Below, piece by piece: positions 8,856 through 18,019 of a stretch of 64,000 nt of DNA. Each line of letters opens with the position of its first letter. Position 1 is the first letter of the stretch. The position numbers and the translations under genes were made by a program. The notes under the pieces are model-generated. The model was not told the origin of the DNA, did no database searches, and saw only the letters and a list, made by a program, of their open reading frames with translations. This DNA is from Armatimonadota bacterium (GTDB lineage Bacteria > Armatimonadota > SYMT01): the NCBI GenBank assembly GCA_041690135.1, contig JAWLHY010000018.1, forward strand, positions 1 through 64,000. The letters run 5' to 3'.

Positions 8856-9578
8856 ATGAGACACGCGCTTGGAGTGGGTTTAGGGGTACTGGCGGCTACT
8901 ACCCTGCTGTGCGAGACGGCGTTTGGGCAAGGGGGCGGGGCGCTTCGGCGCTTTACAGAGCATCCCACCGAGTCGAACCGGCCGAACCGGATCGTCTACG
9001 CGCCCCTGGCGTGGGCTTTTCCGGGCCGGCAGCTCCCGGACATGCCGCGGGATGTATCGGTGGCGAGTTGGTACCAGGTCCCCGTCAACGCGACCAACCA
9101 GCGACCGGACAAGGTTCTGGATGACAGCCGCTACACGCTGGAGCGCATGGAATTGGTTCAGGCAGCGGAGGGGCAGCAGTCGCGCATCCGGGTAGTCATC
9201 ACCCAACGTCCGGCGCCCGCATCCGACCTTCCGCCCCCGCGGGTTTCGCTGGTGCATCCCAGCCAGATCAGCTCCATTGCCCTGGCCACCCAGGAGCGCC
9301 TTCCGGACGGCGTCCGGTTTACGGCCCTGGTAACGCCCCCCCTGGCCGGGTTTGCACCGAGCCCGCAGTTGCCGGGCGCGCAGGAATACAGCGTCCGGCT
9401 GTTGCCGGCTCGGGACGTGGATTATCCTGACGAACTGCAACGGGCGCCGACGTTCGCGGGAGTCGATATCGAAACGCGAATGTCTACTCCCCCACCCCGC
9501 CTGCCGCGGGCGGAGCGAGTCGCCGGGAAGCGGCTGGAATACCGCCGGGGTCGCGTGATCGATCGATCCCGCCGGTAG
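8856..9578 (+). CDS. Hypothetical secreted protein
   Basis: RBS GAGG before ATG 8856; signal peptide MRHALGVGLGVLAATTLLCETAFG; no recognised domain. Confidence 0.65.
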   Translation: MRHALGVGLGVLAATTLLCETAFGQGGGALRRFTEHPTESNRPNRIVYAPLAWAFPGRQLPDMPRDVSVASWYQVPVNATNQRPDKVLDDSRYTLERMELVQAAEGQQSRIRVVITQRPAPASDLPPPRVSLVHPSQISSIALATQERLPDGVRFTALVTPPLAGFAPSPQLPGAQEYSVRLLPARDVDYPDELQRAPTFAGVDIETRMSTPPPRLPRAERVAGKRLEYRRGRVIDRSRR

Positions 9579-9607
9579 CCGGCAGAGGGAGAGGTACGGG
9601 TAACCGG

Positions 9608-10780
9608 TCATTCTCGGGAACCGGGCGAGCGTCGCCGGACGGCGTTGGGACCGAACCGCTCTCGCAATTGGTCGAGGGCGGCGTCCAGCTTCCGGTGGCG
9701 CTCGTCCGTGTCCGTGAACAGGCCTAACTGGCGGCCTTCCGGGCCGGTGAGGTTGCCCGCCCCCACGCCGATGAGGCGTAGGGGTCCGGCATTTTCTTTC
9801 CACCAGGCATCGAAAGTGCGGGATGCGGCGTCCCAGAGCGCGTCCGTGTGTTGGACGGGATCGGGAAGGGTCGTCGCGCGGGTAACGGTCACGAAGTCCG
9901 GAGAGCGCAGCTTCAACGTGACCGTGCGGCCGAAAAGCTCGTGACGGCGGAGCCGGTAGGCCACATCTTCCACCTGGTGCAGCAGCACCGTGCGGAGATA
10001 CTCCACGTCTCCCACGTCCTCGGCGAAAGTGGTTTCGTGGCTGATGCTTTTCGCCTGGTGGTCCGGAGACACCGGACGGTGGTCCTGCCCATGGGCGAGA
10101 CGGTGGAAGTGCTCCCCCGCCATGCCGAACTCCCGCACGAGCCGTTCCAGGGGTTGGCGGCGCACCTGGCGTACGGTGGCCACGCCCATCTGATGGAACC
10201 GTTTCAGCGTGGCAGCCCCCACGCCCCAGAGCCGCTCGACCGGTAGCGGGTCCAGAAACTCTTGGACGGCTTCTGGGGGCACCACGCACAGGCCATTGGG
10301 CTTCCGGAGATCGCTGGCGAGCTTGGCGAGAAACTTGTTGGGGGCTACACCCACGCTGGCAGCCAGACCCGTTACGTCGCGGATGCGGCGTTTCAGGGCT
10401 GCGGCGGCTGCCTCACCGGGACCGAACAAGGCTTCCGTACCGGTCAGGTCGAGAAAGGCCTCGTCGATGCTCAACGGTTCGACGACCGGTGAGAACTCTT
10501 CAAAGATGTGGAAGACCTGATTGGAGACCTCCCGGTACCGCTGCATGCGGACCGGGACGACCACGGCGTGGGGGCAGAGGCGGAGTGCCGTAGCCATGGG
10601 GATCGCGCTGCGGCAGCCATAGGGACGTGCCTCATAACTGGCCGCGGAAACGACGCCGCGCCGGTCGGCCGCGCCGCCCACGAGGACCGGTTTGCCTCGC
10701 AGTTCCGGATGGTCGCGCTGCTCCACCGCCGCGAAGAACGCGTCCATATCCACGTGGAGGATGGTGCGACCAGAAGCCAT
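9608..10780 (-). CDS. dinB: DNA polymerase IV (Y family)
   Basis: ILHVDMDAFFAAVEQRD, ASYEAR, SIDEAFLD, NKFLAKLASD..KP.G; QLGLF clamp-binding-like motif. Confidence 0.95.
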   Translation of the reverse strand: MASGRTILHVDMDAFFAAVEQRDHPELRGKPVLVGGAADRRGVVSAASYEARPYGCRSAIPMATALRLCPHAVVVPVRMQRYREVSNQVFHIFEEFSPVVEPLSIDEAFLDLTGTEALFGPGEAAAAALKRRIRDVTGLAASVGVAPNKFLAKLASDLRKPNGLCVVPPEAVQEFLDPLPVERLWGVGAATLKRFHQMGVATVRQVRRQPLERLVREFGMAGEHFHRLAHGQDHRPVSPDHQAKSISHETTFAEDVGDVEYLRTVLLHQVEDVAYRLRRHELFGRTVTLKLRSPDFVTVTRATTLPDPVQHTDALWDAASRTFDAWWKENAGPLRLIGVGAGNLTGPEGRQLGLFTDTDERHRKLDAALDQLRERFGPNAVRRRSPGSRE

Positions 10781-10986
10781 TATCCGGCGGAGGGAGCCTC
10801 CGGCTGATCCGTGTCCGGCACTCCCCGCACTGTTTCCAGCGTCTCGGCGCACATCTGGGCCTGGCGTTCCCATTCGGCTACCGTGGCCTCCAGTGCCATG
10901 AGGCGTTCCACGAGCAGGCTGGCAGCCCCCTCGGGTGAGCCGCCTTCCTGGAGCATCCCCATCAGTCTCTTCTCATCCCGCTTCAT
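10780..10986 (-). CDS. Small hypothetical helical protein (68 aa) coupled to dinB
   Basis: Its TAA overlaps the dinB ATG (TAATG); coiled-coil-like sequence. Confidence 0.55.
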   Translation of the reverse strand: MKRDEKRLMGMLQEGGSPEGAASLLVERLMALEATVAEWERQAQMCAETLETVRGVPDTDQPEAPSAG

Positions 10987-11154
10987 CTGATCTCTCGCGT
11001 CGTTCGTGTCGGGTGTCGCCTGGAAAGGCAGGAAGTGACAGGTTGGATTGCGGAGGGCAGTTCAACCTCTGGGACACCGTCCTGCTTGCCGGCCCTCGAC
11101 TATTGTGCGCGAAGTCACCGCGGTTTGTCCGGTCGAGCGACGGGACCCGGAGAA

Positions 11155-12054
11155 TTAGAGGGTCTTGAGATAGTCGTTGATGCGCCGGACCAGGCGGCGC
11201 TGCTCACCGTCCGACCGGCCGGTACCGAAGCGGATCTCACGACCCCGTTCGTCCAGAATCGCTACTTCGGTGCTATGCATACCCTTCTGTTGCATGTTCG
11301 CTCGCGTGATGTACGCTTCGCTATCCGCGCCCAGGGGGTAGGTCTTCTCCTGTGAAAAGCCGAGGAGGCTCCTCCGGAGCGCCAATTGACGCCCGTTGAG
11401 CCGGATGGTTTCGCGACACGCCATCCGGAAGGCGCCGTACAGCATCGCTCCAGCCGCACCGAAGAAGATGGCGTAGAAGCCCAGGAGCAAGAGGGAAAAC
11501 CAGCCGATGACCCGGGAGAGTCCACCGATCATCAGCACGGCGTGCAGGGTAACGAAGGAAAGGATCCCGAGGCCGAAGACGCCGGCGAAGATCGCCGCCC
11601 CCAGGTTGGCAGGAGAAGTGGTCTCCTCCAGCGTCCCGTCGGCTACCGTCGTGGGGACCAGTTGCTCCACTTCGCGACGGGCGGCTATCTCGGCCATCCG
11701 AGTGCGGAGGGCATCCAGATCGACCATACCGGCCGGATCGCCGGGCGCTAGCGCACCCAGACGTCGTTGAAGGTCCGTCCGCATCCCAGGCAACTGGCTC
11801 CATGCCTGGCGCAGCGTTTGCAGAAGCTCTTCCTCCTGATGACCTCCGTGAACCTCCAGCGCGGCGACAATCGCCCCGCCTTCTTCGCGGAGTGCGTCAA
11901 CCCGGCCCAGGCGGCGGCGGCATGCGTCGGCATCCAGCCGCTGCGGGTCTTCCAGCAGCGGCGCGAATCGGGCCAACCACCGGTGGGCGTCCGCACGCGC
12001 TGTGTCGCGCGTCGTCCCCGTCTGAAGCTGTTCCTGGTCGTGCTCCGAGTGCAA
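11155..12054 (-). CDS. Hypothetical membrane protein (helical N-terminus, two TM segments, C-terminal beta domain)
   Basis: Two long hydrophobic segments; downstream of tldD on the same strand. Confidence 0.65.
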   Translation of the reverse strand: MHSEHDQEQLQTGTTRDTARADAHRWLARFAPLLEDPQRLDADACRRRLGRVDALREEGGAIVAALEVHGGHQEEELLQTLRQAWSQLPGMRTDLQRRLGALAPGDPAGMVDLDALRTRMAEIAARREVEQLVPTTVADGTLEETTSPANLGAAIFAGVFGLGILSFVTLHAVLMIGGLSRVIGWFSLLLLGFYAIFFGAAGAMLYGAFRMACRETIRLNGRQLALRRSLLGFSQEKTYPLGADSEAYITRANMQQKGMHSTEVAILDERGREIRFGTGRSDGEQRRLVRRINDYLKTL

Positions 12055-12095
12055 GGTGGTCCTGATTCTCCGGGAGGGGTGTCTTGACGTGGAAA

Positions 12096-13535
12096 CTAGC
12101 GCGCGGCGCCGACCTGGATGCCGCGGAACCTGGCGGGCGCCGCCCCGTGCGTCATCTGGCTTACCTGCATGGGGTCGCCTTTCCCGCAGTTCAGCACCCC
12201 ATTCTTCACCCAGAAGCGCTCATCGGCCACCGCGTCGCAACTGTTCCAGAAGTCGGTGGTCATCGCCTGGTAAGTGACGTTCTTCAGCATTCCGACGATC
12301 TTGCCGTTCTTGATCTCCCAGAACGCATCGCCGCCGAACTGGAAGTTGCAGCGCATCTGGTCGATACTGAAACTTCCCATCCCCTCGATGTAGATCCCGT
12401 CCTCCGTGTCGCTGATGATCTCGTCCAAAGTCAGCGGTTTGGAGCCCGGGAGGAGGCTTAGGTTGGGGATGCGAACGATCGGAATGCTACCCCAGTGATC
12501 GGCACGACAAGTGCCGTTGCTGCGCTCGTAGCCCATCTCGGCCGCCACCTCGCGCCCCATGCCATACCCGGCAAAAAGGCCGTGGTCGACAATGTTCCAC
12601 GCCTGGCCGGGAACACCGTCATCGTCAAAGCCGTGGGTCGCGAGGCCTCCGTCGAGCGTGTTGTCGGCCCGGAACGTAACGTGCTCGCTGCCGTACTGCA
12701 AGCGGTTCAGTTTTTCCGGGGTCGCGAAGCTGCGTCCCGCCAGGCTTTCTTCATAGCCGAGCACGCGGTCTAGCTCCGTCGCATGTCCCACGGACTCGTG
12801 GATGGTTAGGGCCAGGTTGTGAGGGTCCAGGATCAGGTCTTTGCGTCCGACCGGGCATTCCCTGGCGGAGAGATGCTGCACGGCTTCGCTGGCTACCCGT
12901 TCGGTCTGGGCGAGCAGCGTCTGAGGGTCGATGTTCTCATAGCCGCGGGTGAGCGGCGGGGGGACATACGCGCGGCTCTTCGCATCGTGGTTGCCGACGG
13001 CTGTCGCTTGGTACTGAACACCGGTGGTGACGACGTCGCTCTCCATGAGGCTGCCGTCGGTGTTGGCATACAGTTTTTCATCCTGGCGAAGGGTCATGTA
13101 GCCCTGTGCCTTCTTGACTCCGGGGTGGCGCAGCAACTCCCGGTTGACTTCCAGGAGGAGGCCCACCTTCTGGTCGATGGGAACAGCGAAGGGATCCACC
13201 TCGCGCGGGGACCGGAAGGACACCTGATGGGCCGGTTCGGGCGCCCAGGCCACCGGTGCCCGCAAGGCGGAAGCAGAGGCGCGCGCAATGGCTACCGCCT
13301 CCGCCGCCACCCGCATCACCTCTTCCCGGGTCAGCATGCTACTTCCGGCAAAGCCCCATGCCCCTCCCGCGAGCACCCGGACCCCGAAACCGGTGTCCGT
13401 GCGGTCCAGCAAGTTGGAGACACGCTGGTCTTCCGTGTACAGGTCCTGGCGGCGATGGGTGATAAAGCGCACGTCGGCGTAGGTTGCGCCCAGCGCTTGC
13501 GCCGTATCGATGGCGAGGAGTGCAAGATCTTTCAT
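12096..13535 (-). CDS. tldD: TldD/PmbA family metalloprotease (TldD-type)
   Basis: GFGVRVL..GAWGFA; HESVGHATELDR; FDDDG; NCGKGDP. Confidence 0.9.
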   Translation of the reverse strand: MKDLALLAIDTAQALGATYADVRFITHRRQDLYTEDQRVSNLLDRTDTGFGVRVLAGGAWGFAGSSMLTREEVMRVAAEAVAIARASASALRAPVAWAPEPAHQVSFRSPREVDPFAVPIDQKVGLLLEVNRELLRHPGVKKAQGYMTLRQDEKLYANTDGSLMESDVVTTGVQYQATAVGNHDAKSRAYVPPPLTRGYENIDPQTLLAQTERVASEAVQHLSARECPVGRKDLILDPHNLALTIHESVGHATELDRVLGYEESLAGRSFATPEKLNRLQYGSEHVTFRADNTLDGGLATHGFDDDGVPGQAWNIVDHGLFAGYGMGREVAAEMGYERSNGTCRADHWGSIPIVRIPNLSLLPGSKPLTLDEIISDTEDGIYIEGMGSFSIDQMRCNFQFGGDAFWEIKNGKIVGMLKNVTYQAMTTDFWNSCDAVADERFWVKNGVLNCGKGDPMQVSQMTHGAAPARFRGIQVGAAR

Positions 13536-13727
13536 GGCAATCCCTCAGCTGTCCGGTAAACCTTCCCGAATAGTTCCCGCAACCGGCGGCGGATTACCTC
13601 CGCAACGGGATCGTCGGGTTACTGGCGGTGCTGTACTTGCGGCGGCTGGGGACGGGGTCACCTTATAATGGCGATACGGGATCAGCTTCCGGCCCTGTGG
13701 CGGCCCGCTGGTAAGAAAGGGAAGACC

Positions 13728-14942
13728 GTGCTGACTGCCGAAACTCCATCGCTTAAGAGCTTCCGCGCCAAGGTGCGTACCTTTGCGGAGCGGGAGATCG
13801 CGCCGCGGATTCGCGAATTGGACGCGGAGGAGCGATTCGAGCCGGCCATTCTGGAAGGGATGGCGGCCGAAGGGTTCCTCGGGGCTTCCATCCCCCAGGC
13901 GCTGGGCGGGATGGGCCTGGATTACCACCATCTCGGCGCCCTCTGTGAGGAGTTGGAGCGAGTGGACACCTTTGCGCGGGTAATCATCTCCGTCCACCTC
14001 TCGCTCAACAGCCTGGCACTGTACCAGTGGGGTACGACGGACCAGCAAGAACGCTGGCTGCGACCGCAGGCCCAGGGCACGAAGACGGCGGGTTTCGCGC
14101 TGACGGAGCCGGATGCGGGGACGGATGCCGCTTCCCTTCGCACCCGTGCCCAAAAGGTTGACGGCGGTTACCGCCTGACCGGCACGAAGGCCTGGATCGG
14201 GCTGGCCGATGTGGCGGACCACTTCCTGGTGTTCGCCACGCTGGATCCGGATCGCTGCCATCGCGGCATCACCGCCTTCCTGGTCCGGCGCGGCGCCGAG
14301 GGACTGCGTACGGAGTCGATCCGCGGCAAACACGGTGTACGCGCGGGCAACGTGGGCCGCATCCACCTGGATGGGCTGTTCGTTCCGGAAGAGGATCGGC
14401 TCGGAGAGGAAGGCGAGGGGTTCCAGATCGCCATGTCCGCGCTGGACAATGGCCGCTTCGGCGTGGCCGCGGGCTCCGTCGGCGTGATTGTGGCCAGCCT
14501 CGAAGCGTGTACCGCCCGTTGTCTGGACCGGAGGACGTTCGGCGTGGAGATCGGTCGTCACCAACTGGTTCAACAGATGCTGGCGAAGATGGTCGCGGCC
14601 CGGGACGTGGGGAGGCTGCTCGTCTCCCAGGTCGCCGAGATGAAAAATGGGGGCATCCGGCACACGCGAGAAGCGTCCCTGGCCAAGTGGATCAACTGCG
14701 ACGCGGCCTACCAGAGCGCGAACGATGCGGTGCAGATCTTCGGAGCCCACGGTTTCAGCAACGAGTATCCCGTGGAGCGGTATCTCCGCAACTGCCGTGC
14801 CGCGGTAATCTATGAAGGTACCCGTGAAATTCATCAGGTGATCCAGGCGGAATACCAGCTTGGCTACCGGGAAGATCGTCCCGTTCGCCGGCCGCTCCCC
14901 CCTTACCCGTTTCCGGAAGACGTACCGGCGGCCACGGATTGA
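13728..14942 (+). CDS. Acyl-CoA dehydrogenase
   Basis: FALTEPDAGTDA; GTKAWI; AVQIFGAHGF; IYEGTREIH. Confidence 0.92.
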   Translation: MLTAETPSLKSFRAKVRTFAEREIAPRIRELDAEERFEPAILEGMAAEGFLGASIPQALGGMGLDYHHLGALCEELERVDTFARVIISVHLSLNSLALYQWGTTDQQERWLRPQAQGTKTAGFALTEPDAGTDAASLRTRAQKVDGGYRLTGTKAWIGLADVADHFLVFATLDPDRCHRGITAFLVRRGAEGLRTESIRGKHGVRAGNVGRIHLDGLFVPEEDRLGEEGEGFQIAMSALDNGRFGVAAGSVGVIVASLEACTARCLDRRTFGVEIGRHQLVQQMLAKMVAARDVGRLLVSQVAEMKNGGIRHTREASLAKWINCDAAYQSANDAVQIFGAHGFSNEYPVERYLRNCRAAVIYEGTREIHQVIQAEYQLGYREDRPVRRPLPPYPFPEDVPAATD

Positions 14943-14944
14943 AA

Positions 14945-16096
14945 ATGAGCGGCTTGAGTGAAGCCCTGCGGGGCGTGAAAGTCCTGGATTTCAGCCGCGT
15001 TTTCGCGGGACCGCTCTGCACGATGCTTCTCGCCGACCTGGGGGCGGAGGTCCTCAAGATTGAGCGGCCCGGCTCGGGGGATGACACGCGCGCCTGGGGA
15101 CCGCCGTTCGCGGGCGGCGAGAGCGCCTACTACCTTTGCCTGAACCGCGGCAAGCGGTCGCTCGTCCTCGACCTGAACGCTCCGGATGGGATCGCTCGCG
15201 CTCGTCGCCTGGCGGAGTGCGCGGACGTGATCGTGGAAAACTTCCGGGTGGGGTGGATGGCCCGCCACTCGCTGGATTACGCGTCGCTGAAGGATGCAAA
15301 CCGGAAGCTCGTTTACTGCTCCATCACGGCCTATGGACAGGGCGGCCCGGACGCCGGCCTTCCGGGCTACGACTTCCTTACCCAGGGCCGCAGTGGCCTG
15401 ATGAGCATCACGGGGGAAACCGACGGTCCGCCCCTCAAGGTCGGGGTGGCGGTGAGTGACCTGATCACCGGCCTGTACGCCACCGTCGGCATTCAGGCGG
15501 CGCTGCTCCGTCGCGAGGCCACCGGCTACGGGGAGTATCTCGACCTCGCCCTGCTGGATGCCCAGATCGCGGGGCTGGCGAACGTGGCCAGCAACTTTCT
15601 CGTTTCCGGACAGGTCCCCCACCGCTACGGGAACGCTCACCCGAACATCGTTCCCTACGAGGTATTCCAGGCGGCCGACGGCCCCTTCATCCTTGCCACG
15701 GGGAATGATGCGCACTGGAAGCGGCTCTGCGAGGTGCTCGGTCGCCCAGAGTGGATCGACGACCCGCGGTTCCGAACCAATCCTGATCGCGTCCGCCATC
15801 GCTCGGAGGTCCAGTCGCTCTTGGGCGCGGAGTTCGCACGCGCCGGGAGAGCGGAATGGCTGGACCGGTTGCGGAATGGCGACGTGCCGTGTGGACCCGT
15901 CCAAACACTCGACGAGGTCTTCACCGACCCCCAGGTGCTCGCGCGGGAGATGTTGCAGCAGGTCCCCCACCCCACCGCCGGGCTTCTTTCGCTCGTGGCC
16001 AACCCGCTTCTGCGGGGTGAAACGCCCCGGGAAGCTCCGCCGCTTCTCGGGGAAGGCGGAGAAGAGCTCGCCCGGCGATGGCTGGGTGAGAGTTAG
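14945..16096 (+). CDS. CaiB/BaiF family (class III) CoA transferase
   Basis: VLDFSRVFAGP..LADLGAEVLKIE; NRGKRS; ADVIVENFR; GYD. Confidence 0.92.
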   Translation: MSGLSEALRGVKVLDFSRVFAGPLCTMLLADLGAEVLKIERPGSGDDTRAWGPPFAGGESAYYLCLNRGKRSLVLDLNAPDGIARARRLAECADVIVENFRVGWMARHSLDYASLKDANRKLVYCSITAYGQGGPDAGLPGYDFLTQGRSGLMSITGETDGPPLKVGVAVSDLITGLYATVGIQAALLRREATGYGEYLDLALLDAQIAGLANVASNFLVSGQVPHRYGNAHPNIVPYEVFQAADGPFILATGNDAHWKRLCEVLGRPEWIDDPRFRTNPDRVRHRSEVQSLLGAEFARAGRAEWLDRLRNGDVPCGPVQTLDEVFTDPQVLAREMLQQVPHPTAGLLSLVANPLLRGETPREAPPLLGEGGEELARRWLGES

Positions 16097-16128
16097 GATT
16101 CAGTTCCCCGGTTTCCGGGGTTGGAGTG

Positions 16129-16161
16129 AGCTCCGCACGGGAGCTACTGGCGCGGGATCGG
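16129..16161 (-). promoter_or_regulatory. Candidate bacterial SECIS element of the redoxin gene
   Basis: mRNA UGA-CCGAUCCCGCGCCAGU-AGCUCCC-GUGC-GGAGCU: hairpin whose G/GU-led loop starts 23 nt after the UGA. Confidence 0.55.
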
Positions 16162-16842
16162 TCACCCGCGTTGCGGGGTCTCCTTCTGGGCAACCGGCTC
16201 TCCGGCGAGGACCGCCTGAAGAGCGTCCTTCGCGAGCATCCGGTCTCCATCCACAAATCGCCCGCGGTAGCGCAGGATGCCCTTCCTGTCGATCACGACC
16301 GTGGTCGTGGTCGCCTTCACGCCGAATAGGTCCGCCGCCTTCCCCGGGGAATCCATCAAGATCGGCAGGGAGAGCCCGGTCTTCTTGGCAAACGCGTCCA
16401 CCCCCTCGGCTGTTTCTCCGGCGCTGGAGTCGATCGCGGCCACCACCGCCTGGTCCTGGTGGTCCCGGGCGAAGCCGTCCAGGCGCGCTTCCACGTGCCG
16501 GCAACTGTGGCAGAACGAGCACCAGAAGGTGAGACAGACGACTCCGGACTTCGATTGTTTGCGGAGGTCACGCAGGCGGTGGGTCTTGCCCTGGAGGTCG
16601 CGCACGGTGAAATCCGGCACGCGATCCCCCACAGCCAGCGCGCTGGGGTCCTTCGCCTGGTTGCTTTTCGGTTTGGCGCCATGGTGCCCGGCGTGGTGCG
16701 CCGACCCCTTGCTCTTGGTGTGCGCCTCTTGCTTGGTTCCACTACTGTGGGTGTGGTGATCCCTAGCGCTAGTCGGCAAAGGGGTGCTCACGGCGATCAG
16801 AAGCGTGGTGCCGAGTGCCAGGTGGAGCCATCGTCGGGTCAT
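16144..16842 (-). CDS. Exported AhpC/TSA-redoxin (thioredoxin-fold) protein, His-rich N-terminus; candidate selenoprotein (UGA 16164-16162)
   Basis: VGDRVPDFTVRDLQG; FWCSFCHSC; TTTVVIDRKG.LRYRG; AVLAGEPV..ETPQRG-UGA-PIPRQ-TAG matches the C-terminal GCxI motif. Confidence 0.75.
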
Positions 16843-16955
16843 CGAACCTACTTCCCTTTCGGTGTGGGTAAACTCTCTACACTGCAGAGGTCGGTCGCGC
16901 AACCCCCGTATCCGGGTTTTCGGCGCGGTGGGAACGGCAACGCAAAACTTCGTGG

Positions 16956-18011
16956 CTAACGGCGTGCGGCATGCCAGGAAAAGACGGCCTCTCCCGGCTC
17001 CGCATTTGGCAGAGGAGCCACGGGACCTAGCTCGAGCAGTGCGGCTTGTGCCAGTTCGCCGCTGATCACGATATCGCCCGGAACGGCCCGCTTCTGGAGC
17101 TGTGCCGCACGGTCCACGACCGCGCTGTTGAGCCGGCCCAGCGCCCCGCCTGTCTCCAGGGGCACGTTACCGGCGCTCAGACCGCAACGGACCTGGAAAG
17201 GGATGGTGAGCCGGTTCCGCTCCGCGTTGAAGGAAGCTATCCCCTCCTGGATGCGCCGCGCGGCCCGCACAGCGGTGCCGTCGTCGGAAAAGGCGCACAT
17301 GATCCCATCTCCGGCGGCGCTGTGTACCTGGCCTCCCAGGGCGGTGACTAATTCCTCGACCCAGTGGTGGAACTGGCCGAAGGAGTGCTCAACCGCCAGA
17401 TCGGCCTCTCCCAGTTTCATCCCGGTGGAGTTCACCACGTCGATGCTGAGGAAGGCACGGTGTCCCTTGTGCTTCTCGAGCTCTTTCTGGAGCGTGAAGA
17501 GGGCTTCGAGGATCGCCTGGCGTGAAAGGTCAGGCGTGGCCTCATTCGCGCCGGGCGGGTGCGCGGCTTGCTTTTGGGCGTTGTGCAGAACGGAAAGGTA
17601 GATACCAACACCGATGTAGAGGGGCCATCCCAGGAAGAATCCCACAAATGCGCTGAGATGATCGAAGAGCCTGGCGAACAACGGTCCGAGAATAAAGGGG
17701 ATTACCCAGCCCGTAGACCACCAGGTGGCTATGAATGCTTCGTTCAAGGCTCGGGATCGCGCCGTCGGAACTACCTTCCGGGGTTTTGTCTCTTGCGAAC
17801 TCTCGAACTGGCGGACGGCTTCCCGGATAAACCGGGGATCGACTCCCACTTCCGCGCCGATGGTCTCCACTTCTCCGGCCGTGAAAGTCTCTTCGTGGCG
17901 CACTTGTAGCTTTTGCGCGAGGGAAGTCACCTTCCGCAGGGATTCGGTGTCGAAACGCAGTTCACCTCCGGCCTGTCCGGTCGGTTGTTCTTCGCGATGC
18001 TGGACGCGCAT
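16956..18011 (-). CDS. Membrane-anchored class III adenylate/guanylate cyclase-domain protein (atypical catalytic residues)
   Basis: FLSIDVVNST, AGDGIMCAF, VRCGLSAG; two TM segments. Confidence 0.8.
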   Translation of the reverse strand: MRVQHREEQPTGQAGGELRFDTESLRKVTSLAQKLQVRHEETFTAGEVETIGAEVGVDPRFIREAVRQFESSQETKPRKVVPTARSRALNEAFIATWWSTGWVIPFILGPLFARLFDHLSAFVGFFLGWPLYIGVGIYLSVLHNAQKQAAHPPGANEATPDLSRQAILEALFTLQKELEKHKGHRAFLSIDVVNSTGMKLGEADLAVEHSFGQFHHWVEELVTALGGQVHSAAGDGIMCAFSDDGTAVRAARRIQEGIASFNAERNRLTIPFQVRCGLSAGNVPLETGGALGRLNSAVVDRAAQLQKRAVPGDIVISGELAQAALLELGPVAPLPNAEPGEAVFSWHAARR

Positions 18012-18019
18012 GCCACTCC

